19,968 nt of DNA from Lepidodermella squamata (Eukaryota; Animalia; Gastrotricha): positions 1 to 19,968 of the forward strand of contig JBLDXI010000145.1 in NCBI GenBank assembly GCA_047495785.1, read 5' to 3'. Shown here one piece after another: positions 10,885 through 19,968 of the stretch (its first letter is position 1; every line of letters begins with the position of its first letter). The translations under genes and the position numbers were made by a program. The notes beneath the pieces are model-generated. The model was not told where the DNA came from. It searched no databases and saw nothing but the letters and a program-made list of their open reading frames with translations.

Positions 10885-12944
10885 GAAGTAATATTTTTTA
10901 ACTTTCTATGATGTAACAAATAAAATCATCAATAACAAAAACCGTGGTAAGTTGAAAATAATGCGAAGATTGATCCTCGCTAGCTGCTACAGAAATAACA
11001 ATAAGGAAAAAATGTTCATTGCCATTTAGAGGAAAAGTAAATCGTCATATTGCTCGAAATGAATTTGTAACTTGTGACCGATCAGCTTTTATTCCTGTTA
11101 ACTGATGGATCAACTTGATTTCTACCAACCCAAAAAAAGAGGTGAAATTGGCACCGGAACCCACTCACAAGTGTCATGCGACTCTAATTATGTGCATCAT
11201 CAGATCAATTATGTAGAATTATATAGATAATTAGGAACTATGATTAAAAACACAGAATATCTCGAAAGGAATCGTCGTCTTACTGAGTTACATGTAGTAT
11301 GAGTATTACACACGCTCGACCTGGCTTGCTGGATCGCGATTCCTTTCCTTTGCCGCACTGTTGCTGGGTGAGGGCTGGGGTAATAGGCTATACGAAAAAA
11401 CCTTCAACCTTTGCCTTCAAACGTTGTCGGTGATTCTAGTGACATTAACTCGGCACACACAAAGACAAATAAGTATTATGAATAATTTGTTTAAGCTGTC
11501 GATTACAAGCGAGGAAATTGTAAAATTGTTCGCGACTTGAAGAATAGGTACCAAATAAAAAATACGCGAGAAGAGTACTTAAGCGAATAGTTCAGCAATC
11601 ACTATCAAGCCATAACCGATAGCAGATAGCAGAAGAGATTGAACAATAATCAATAGCAAATCTCGACAACTCGAATACAATCAGCAATCAAAGCCTCTTC
11701 GCAAAATTCAATACTTCAGTCATGCTCTTCCTGTCAAGTCCTGGCATGCCCCAGTCCAGTTGGCTAGAGATAATTCTAACCTGGAATGGGCAAAAAATCT
11801 CGGTAAAGCACGAGCCACCTTACCGAAACTTATCGGCCAAGAACTCGGGAATTTCAACGAGCTGTTTCGCGTCCGCTGTGATCACACCTACAGCTGTATC
11901 CCGAAAATTGAAACCCAACCCGGGGTTGGGGGTTGGGGTTTGCCCGAAGCAATTTTATGTTACAACGAACAATGACCAATGACATGAGACCTGACCAGAA
12001 CGAGAGAAGTAGCTGCCGAACAATAGAACTTGAGAAAAATGCGGACGGTGTGACCTCCTAGGGCTTAGAGCACTGCAGCATTTTCTAAACGTGTGACGTA
12101 TAACTTATTACTAGCAAGAAACCTTAGTTCTAAAGCGGGGCGATGCTGTGAATTGAGAGCGACACTATGGGCAGGTCCCGGGTTACCGGGGACTGCTGTT
12201 AGTCGGCAGACCCCCTCCCCGTTTTTCTCTGTTTGTCCTTGACGCCCGCGGCAAATGCCGTTCGTTTCATTTACATTCTTCAAAATTTGTTAAACGTTAG
12301 TTGAGTAATATAAAAATTGAATAAAAATTTAAAGTGACCTTGACAATTTTATTTTCGATTTTTTGGCGCGTGACTTCGGGTTTCCCGTCAGGCGATACCG
12401 ACCTGTCGAATTAATGCGTGAAAATTTGTCAGGATTCAGTTGACGATTCAGGATTAGTGAATATCGAAAAACTAGCATGGTATTGCATTCAGAAATGGAA
12501 CAGTTACATTAATAAGTTGATACTATTTTGCTTTGCGGAGCAACCCAGCTGCGTACAAATATCTGCCTAATTTCGGAAGTGCGCCAAAATATCGGTATCG
12601 GTGTAGTGCGCGCACTTGCGCGATAATTAGCAGACCATCAGACGCACACGCAGAATGGTCGTAATGATCGTGTGGCAAATGGAAGTGCGTAAGTAAGAAG
12701 TGTGTAGGATTGATTGATGGACAATTTTAGTCAGACGTTATTCTTCGCTGCCAATGACCGCAACATTGGGTGATCAGAATTATTCCGCAACCATAAGCCT
12801 GACACCTCGCTGGAAAAATCAGTCAGATGTTGCCTTCCAATTGGAGAGTTCAAATATTAGCAGAAAATCGATTAACATTGGTACATTGATTGAAACATTG
12901 GTTGTTGATGGTTTATAGTCATGTTTAAGAAAAACACATTTGCT

Positions 12945-13042
12945 TTACGCGCACTTGCTTCGCAGTGCGACGTAATGGGCAGGTCCCAATTATTTTCCCT
13001 TCTGGTATCTGCTGGGATCCTGAACTGGTGATCATTTGAACA
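12945..13042 (-). repeat. About 95 bp structured repeat, copy A (mirror copy at 1605-1702)
   Basis: Shares a 52 bp identical block (aaaataattgggacctgcccattacgtcgcactgcgaagcaagtgcgcgtaa) and about 40 bp of similar sequence with 14961-15054. Confidence 0.9.
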
Positions 13043-13100
13043 GTGGGACTGTTTACATGCTCGCTTTCGCTCGCATATGTAAACAGTCCCAAAGCTTCTC

Positions 13101-13275
13101 CATATCGTTCGTGGCGCGGAAGAACCCGCACTTCGATGATTTTTTGCCCTGACTGTACCCCGCGAGTACAGCATAACGCACAGTATTGCATATAGTATCC
13201 AAGGCTGTACTCCGGCAGTACAGTCAGGGCAAAAAATCATCGAAGTGCGGGTTCTTCCGCGCCACGAACGATATG
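13101..13275. repeat. 175 bp fold-back (MITE-like) hairpin, right-arm copy
   Basis: Same 58 bp perfect stem; the loop differs from the left copy at 13173-13190. Confidence 0.9.
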
Positions 13276-14224
13276 ATGAAGATTTATCAGTCTTATTTTC
13301 TGTCATTTTTACCATCCACTTTCCCCCTCGCATTAGCAGTGTCGCCTATAATCTTCATAGTCGTTTATCGTTTATCGTATGATCGTTTCCATCTTTTATA
13401 TCCCCTTTTTTCCTAACAAAAGTAATAATGATAGTTTTTCAAGAGTTGAAGAAAATCGGCTTAGCCACAGCCGAGTCGAGATACCTCAGAATAACGCAAA
13501 ATTCCTTACCAACCGTCGATATAAACGATGGCCATATCCCATATCGTGCCTTTACTATTTTTTGCTCTTCATTTTGTTTTAAAATAATATGCGACGATAT
13601 ACAAACGTTTACATGGGCAGTAAGTCATTTGAAAGGGCATGATAACCGCGCTCGTATAGCTCCGCTATTCCCGCATAGACATAATTTAAGATAGACTGAC
13701 TACCCCTTTCATTCCCTTCATACACCAATGTAAATCCCATGTACATATTGCAATGCTTCTTACCGACTCGTTTGAACGAATCTGCATGAAGAATGAAAAT
13801 AACAAAATTTCCTTAATCTTCGCGTTATATTAGCATTGATTTTTTGATACAAGCCTCCAGTCAACAGATTGCGTATAGCTTGAAGTTAAAGTTGGTCTTG
13901 CAGAGAATTCCCGATAAAATAGTGATTGTGCCATCTGAGCAGTAAAACATTGCTTGACTTTCTAACAGAATCAACCACACTGTTAAATTATACAAAGATA
14001 ATCTGTCACCACAACGTTTTTATTCGCTGCCGATGATAGTAACATTAGGTAAACAATAATTATACCGCAACCATTTACGTCTTACACCTTGCAACTCGCT
14101 ATAGAAAATAATATAGTGTCACCTGTTGCCTTTCTAACTGAAGAATTCGAATGTTAGCCGACAGAAAATCGATCAATAAAATAGAAACATTGTTGAAACA
14201 TTACTTTTTGAGAGTTCTGTATAT

Positions 14225-14663
14225 TTGTCGTATCGTATAACGCAATTTCTCCCAATAGCCGATTGAGATATCCCAATGAGCAATCCGAATTGTTCCCAAC
14301 GTCATTTTCAGCTATTTTAAACAGTTTTTTTTTAATTTGGAAACCAAGCAAGATTGCAGAATAGCCCTTCTAGCAGAGCCCATTTTCCCTAATAACTTGT
14401 TCCGTAACTGCGTGTTCTATGAGTTATTAAAAAGCTAGCATATTTTCACTGTAACAGTCTTCTGGCCTTCTAGGTCCATTTAAACTCTTTATTAATCAAT
14501 TTGCAGACCAATTGATAGGGCTCTTCGGGCTCTTTAATATGATGTGATACATTATAATTCAATAACCTGAAGGCTGATGAAAACAATAGGCAAAAAGCAA
14601 CTTTCGGATTGCTCATTGAGACATCTCTATCGGCAATTGGGGGATTGCCAATACAATATACAA
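14225..14663. mobile_element. Putative degenerate MITE of about 440 bp with 45-65 bp imperfect terminal inverted repeats (partial mirror at 1-422)
   Basis: cccaatagccgattgagatatcccaatgagcaatccgaa (14251-14289) versus the reverse complement of 14603-14641, cccaattgccgatagagatgtctcaatgagcaatccgaa (4 mismatches in 39). Weaker similarity extends outward. The interior is AT-rich and non-coding. Confidence 0.55.
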
Positions 14664-14960
14664 TTATTACGAAACACATGCGAACTTGTCCAATGCATTA
14701 CAATGATGAAACATTTATCAGCCTCAATTCTACCATGAACTTACTAAAATTTGGTCACATTTTGACATATTCTGTTATTCGTAACGTTGAGCCATTTACC
14801 ACCAAATTTTTGAAAGTAATATCCTATCAAAGTCGTTCCCAGAGACTTTGAGTCCCAGACCTTACGACAGACCTTAGGAAGAAGACTGCTTAGGAGGATT
14901 CTTGATTTCGTTTCGAAATGTAAAATCTATGCGCTTGGTCCAGGTTCGGACGAAATGATA

Positions 14961-15054
14961 TGTGCAAATGATCGCCAGTTCAGGATCCCATTTCCAGGAG
15001 GAAAAATAATTGGGACCTGCCCATTACGTCGCACTGCGAAGCAAGTGCGCGTAA
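14961..15054 (+). repeat. About 95 bp structured repeat, copy B (outside the giant palindrome)
   Basis: 15003-15054 is identical to 1651-1702. Upstream caaatgatc(g/a)ccagttcaggatccca is also shared. Confidence 0.9.
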
Positions 15055-15808
15055 GACAATAGCACTCTTCCTGGCATCAAGACAGACGCGCGACGGTGCT
15101 GGGGGTGCGGGCCAACAAAACCCCAGAAGATCAAGGTCTAAGGAAACTGCGACTAATAATAGTCATAAATATTAATTTAAAATTTAAAAGAGCATTAATT
15201 CAATCTTTTGTTAACAAAAAATTTATATTTAAAAATCTGTCGAAGATTTCAAATTCAAATCGCGGCCAGGTCTTTTTGTTTCGGCATTCCCGCCATTTTT
15301 GTCTTTGAGCAGTTGCCGCCTGCCGCTCGCATCCAACGCCAATACCTTTCGGCTTTTTGCTTGCATCGCTTTTTAATGAAGAACGAAAAATTCTGTGTAG
15401 CTGGTTAGTGAAGTTCAGGCTACAGGCCCTCAGAATGTATGGCTGACATACCCTATTATAACCCGACTCATTTTCTACGTACGACTTCTCATTTCTCGTG
15501 TATTACGGGTTCCCTTTTTCTAGCTATTGGCGCATACCAGATATGAAGTAAATGTGTACCAAATAATCTCATCATTCAAATTGTGTTTTCTATTTGCTAC
15601 TGTTATAACTGTTGACCGTTGCTCTCACAGTTTAGCCTTTCTAACCATCCCTATTTTGTTCCTTAATCGTATCATAATCGTATCATGCCAGTTTTCCCTT
15701 GAACTTTCAACACGGCCCTGTCCGAAGCTTTCATCTGCCATGGCACTGGTTTAATCATTTCTCTTTTTTTAATAGTACCGTAATGATTATTGTTGATGGT
15801 GATATTTA

Positions 15809-18800
15809 ATGTCGCAGAACATAACAGATGAATATTCTTCTGACGAAGTTACCGTTTACAAAGATGAAGGAGAAACCGAGGGTGGACAAGCTGTCGGCGA
15901 AAACTTTGGCGCCGACAAGGTTGATTTGATCAAAGAGGCTGAACAAGTTAGTTAAATTGATGCCCCAAAAGTCCTAGTTAACTTTCTGCTTTAGGTTTCT
16001 ACCAAGTCCTCTGAATCTTCGACAAGATCGGGAAAAGATACTCAATATAGTGGTAATGATTTGATATCTCTATACCTCAATTTCCTTAATAAATTGTGTT
16101 ATAGCTCCCGAACGCTCTACTCCGGGGACTCATCGCCAGCTTAACAATATAAGCACATCATTGTTCGATGGCAATGGAAACCTCAGCCCGTCAGCGGCGG
16201 GATTGTTTTCGCCTTCCTATGCTGCCCTTTTATCGGTGGGTTTCATTTTTGTATCTATTAAACTCCAATCTGCAATTTGCATGGTATTTTGTTGTCCTGC
16301 CTTCTCTTTAGTATTATTTATAATCGCGCTTCATCAAGGACGATGTCACTTTCTAGAATAGGCGGCTTCCGCTAATTAATGTAGGCACGTGAGATCCCTG
16401 TCTCACTCCGTCGTTTAGTATTGCTGCATTTTTTAATGTTTGTTTATCATGCTATCATAATTTTGTTTGGAGTTTGTCGGCAAAGAGCGGCGGTGGTTTT
16501 ATTCAATAATCTTTCATCGCTTTTCAGCATGCGTTGTTTTATGACGCTAAGTGTGATTAGTGTGCGCGCGTGTGTCTATTACTGTCTTCTGTTTTGTAAT
16601 GATGGCGTATAATGAGCGCATTAAGTTTTAACAGGTTTCGTGTGCGATGCGCTATCTGGCGGCGTTAAACTGGCTCTTCTGTGTTGTTCCTAAAACGTGC
16701 CTATTGCAGGTTCACCCGCGTTTTATAGTCCGCAACAGCGGCGGCACTCGTTCAATGTATCGTGTCGCCTTAGGTCTCTTTATCTAGATGAGCATCGCTT
16801 TGCTATGTCATCGGACTTTTTGTATTCCATCAATGATATACTTGGTACTCAAGTAGCTTTAAATCGTTGATAGTTTTGAGAGCTCTGATGGCGTTTCTTG
16901 ATAAGGGTTTAGACTTCAAAGTCGTCAATTTTCCTATGCTGGTCGGCTTGGCGGCAGGTGATAGCAATTAAAACTCTGTCCCGCACGTGTGACTCGCAAA
17001 AAGCGCGACTCTTCGGATCGCGAGGAGATTTGCGTGTGCATGAGCGGCCGTGCGCGATGCCGAGTGCCTCGGTTTTTCTGTGCGTGTGCGGATTACTTCG
17101 CAATTATGTGTCGGCATTCGCGGCCGCCACTTGGTTAGCACTCTCAATCAGCGTGTTACGTTGCCTTACGAGCGATTACTGCTGACCAGCGGCCGTCCGG
17201 GGCTGTGGGGTGGGCTAACCGGGTGCGTGCAAGCATGTGCCGTTAATTAGGCGCTGTTTTGTTTTGTAATTGCGCCACCTCGGCAAATATAGACGCACAG
17301 CACACCTTGCGTCTTTGAGCTATTTGCGGAGTGATGATGATGACGAAGAAATAATAATGACGATGATGGTTGGCGCATCCAGCGATCGCCTTTGGGATTC
17401 GATTACCCTCTGCTCTCCGCCACGTGTTAGTTCTTGTCGCGCGCGGCCCGCCCGCTTTAATAATATGTCAACATACTAGACGGTTCCTGCCCCTGTTTAT
17501 ATGATGCGCCCTTGTGGGTGTCGGCCGCGTAAACATTCACCGCGCTTCAGCTCCTAGGCAAATGTTTTTAAATTAGAAAATAAGACAGAACAAGAAGAAA
17601 AGAAAGAAGACTGAAATTGTTGACTTCATTTCATTTTTAATTTACAGGCGGGAAATCGTTTGGCAGGTGCTTTATCGCCTGGTACACTCGGATTCCTGGC
17701 GGCTAATCAACCCATCGCTTCCCCGGCGCCACTGTCTGCCGAAAATTTGTCGGCTCTGATGGCAGCTGGCGTCGCTTCGCCCCCGGTGGCGCAGTTGGCG
17801 GCGGCCGTTGCGGCACGTTCTTCTCCTGCGCTGGCCGCCCTTCAAATTGCAGCAGCACTACAGCCATACAACCGTAGCGCTGCCGGGTCGACGACACCCG
17901 CTGCCTCTGCGACACCGGGTGCGAGCGGTCTCGAGGGCCTCGTAGCGTCCGGCCTGCAACATTTGGCCGCTGTTGCCGCTGCTCAGTCACCGCCGGTCTG
18001 GCCGGCCGCCAACTCAAACTCGTCCGCTGCCTCGAACTGGCTCTACGGTACAGGGAATCCAGTCGGGCTGACTGGTGCGCCGGTAGGTGGAGGCATTGGT
18101 TCTCCCGCTCTAGCAGCCTGCGCTTCTCCATCAGCCAGCATATTTGCCCGTTTGTCGCCTGCTCTTTCGACTCTGGCGTGCTTGTCGAGTATGCAACAAC
18201 AGCAGGCACCACCGGCCCATAACCAGGCCGCCTCGTTCCTATTGAATGCCATGCAACAGTCGCAACAGCAACAAGCCGCCATGCCTAGTCCATCGTCAGT
18301 GACATCGGGCTCGAACCAGTGCGGTGGCAACGGACAGTCAGATCAGCAGAGCCAGGCGTTGGCGAGTGAGGTTATGTTCCTGCGAGCAGCTATGATCCAG
18401 CAACAGGCGCAGCACCAGCAGCAACAGGCTCAACAACAGCAGCAGTTGGTGACTATCCTCGACGCTGCGCAACAGATCATTTCGAATAATAACACAACTC
18501 CGACCAGTCAACAGACCCCGGTAACACCGCGGGCAAAACCGGCCACTTTACCCACCCCAACATCACGGCCTCGTCCGACGATTGCCGAACCGATTGCGAT
18601 GTCGGGTTCGATAGCCGGCGCGAAGAGGCCGCATCACGCCTTGTCGCATCAAACAACTAGGCCTGATCAGATGATGGGCTCAATGATGCCCGGCATGGGT
18701 GGTGGTGGTGGAGCTTTTCACGCGCCGCAATCGCCGGGTCATCATCACCCGTCCGCTTTCCAAGCGATGGACCCACGTCGACAGGCTCACATTCTGCAGC

Positions 18801-19968
18801 AACAGCAACATATGCAACAGCAAATGCAGCAGCACTACACAGGCGGGCATATTCCTCACCATCAACCAAACCCACACCACCATCATCATCATCGGAGCCG
18901 GTCGCCGCCGAGCCAGAATCCTCAGGAGCCGCATGTGAAGAAGCCTCTGAATGCGTTCATGCTGTTCATGAAGGAACAGCGGGCGCAGGTGATAGCAGAG
19001 TGCACTCTCAAAGAGTCTGCGGCAATTAACCAAATTTTGGGCCAGCGGTGGCACAATTTGAGCCGCGACGAACAGGCTCGGTATTACGACCTCGCGAAAG
19101 CCGAAAAGGAGCGCCACCAGCAAATGTACCCGAACTGGTCAGCGCGTGAAAACTATGCATCACATGCGAAACGTAAGCGCCGGAGGAAGATGAACGTGAT
19201 GGGTGGTTACCCTGGCGGCATGATGGGCATGGGTGGAACCGGGCCCGATGGTCTCAAAGACCCGCGGGGTGACAACGCCCTGAAGAAGTGCCGAGCGCGA
19301 TACGGCGTCGATCAAATGGACAAATGGTGCAAACCTTGTCGACGAAGTGAGTTTTTCTAGATTAATTACGTTTTTTCCTAATTATGATTTGTTAATTTCA
19401 GAGAAAAAGTGCGCCAGATACTACAACTTGCCGGGTGCCGATGACGACGATGTAAATGACGGCGCTAAAAGCGAACCCTCTTCGCTGCACAACAACATGG
19501 CTGGGGGTTTAATGCCGGGAATGAACCCCGGTATGCCCGGGCACATGGGACCATTCGGTGGACCTGGTGGCATGCCCGGTGGTCATGACGATGATGACGA
19601 GTGGACCGATAGTGGGTCGTCGGTCGGCGACGACTCGTTTGACAACGAAGATGAGGAGGACCAGCTGAACGCGTTTCACCTGGTCACTGAATCTTCATCC
19701 GGGCCTACAACGCCCTCGCCCACCCCAGCCGACGTCGGCCTCGCGCCACTTTCGCCGGGCTCGTCCTCGATCCACTCGTCTGCCTCGCACCACCACCCCC
19801 ATCTTCACAACCTTCACCCCGCCCATCACCATTACATGCCGGCAATGGTGAAAATGGCGCCGAGCACCCCAGTCGCGCCGGATCAACTGCCTCAGATGTA
19901 CCAACAGTTGGCACCTCAGCAATTACAGCCCATGCCTACGCAACAACTGCCGCCCCAGCCAGCTTCGT
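15809..19968 (+). CDS. TCF: TCF/LEF-family Wnt effector (pangolin/POP-1/TCF7L2-like) with C-clamp. Exons 15809-15946, 15995-16052, 16105-16235, 17648-19346, 19402->19968; at least 864 aa, 3'-partial
   Basis: Exon 1 [24 protein letters not shown]...[12 protein letters not shown] resembles the beta-catenin-binding domain. The HMG box [40 protein letters not shown] starts at 18932, followed by the basic tail KRKRRRK. Splicing 19347-19401 completes the C-clamp [23 protein letters not shown]. All four introns (48, 52, 1412, 55 nt) are GT-AG and phase-compatible. The exact start codon is less certain. Confidence 0.93.

Larger units (their letters stand above)
7698..14646. repeat. Right arm of giant inverted repeat; probably the native copy
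   Basis: Reverse complement of 1-6949. The TMEM129 reading frame runs uninterrupted from the spacer into this arm, and unique sequence continues after 14646. Confidence 0.98.

Noticed and set aside
11643-11982. Overlapping ORFs of 71-110 aa (mirror 2665-3004)
   Set aside because: No recognisable domain, no clear start or splice structure. It could be a decayed coding fragment but I cannot support that.
12352-12390. E2F-like sites (tttggcgcg, tttcccg) and a nearby tgaccttga nuclear-receptor half-site
   Set aside because: Short motifs about 1.5 kb from the nearest start codon, with no independent support.
12872-13333. 153 aa ORF on the minus strand
   Set aside because: It runs through the hairpin cluster, has no recognisable homology, and is broken by a stop in the mirror copy.
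17703-19922. Several antisense or alternate-frame ORFs over TCF, and similar ones over TMEM41B, IDH3B and TMEM129
   Set aside because: Shadow ORFs of GC-rich or low-complexity coding sequence.
1-19968. Prokaryotic features (CRISPR arrays, terminators) and tRNA/rRNA genes
   Set aside because: The genes carry spliceosomal introns. I saw no repeat-spacer array, cloverleaf or rRNA-like sequence.

Overview
Eukaryotic (animal) genomic DNA from a compact genome with mostly 48-60 nt GT-AG introns. Positions 1-14646 form a giant inverted repeat: position i pairs with 14647-i, the arms are 1-6949 and 7698-14646, and the spacer is 748 bp. It gives two mirror copies of TMEM41B and IDH3B and truncates TMEM129 at a 5' splice site through a short imperfect microhomology. 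This fold-back junction looks most like a whole-genome-amplification or long-read chimera, but a real inverted duplication cannot be excluded from sequence alone. The probably native order (6940-19968) is TMEM129(+) > IDH3B(+) < TMEM41B(-), then about 4.9 kb of repeat- and hairpin-rich intergenic DNA, then a 5-exon TCF/LEF (pangolin-type) gene with beta-catenin-binding domain, HMG box and C-clamp that runs off the window end. Also notable: a contiguous 330 bp hairpin cluster with GCGAAGC/GCGAAAGC mini-hairpins at one end of a possible 2.1 kb element with terminal inverted repeats, an operon-like 137 bp gap between TMEM129 and IDH3B, and Helper-site-like motifs in the one long TCF intron.
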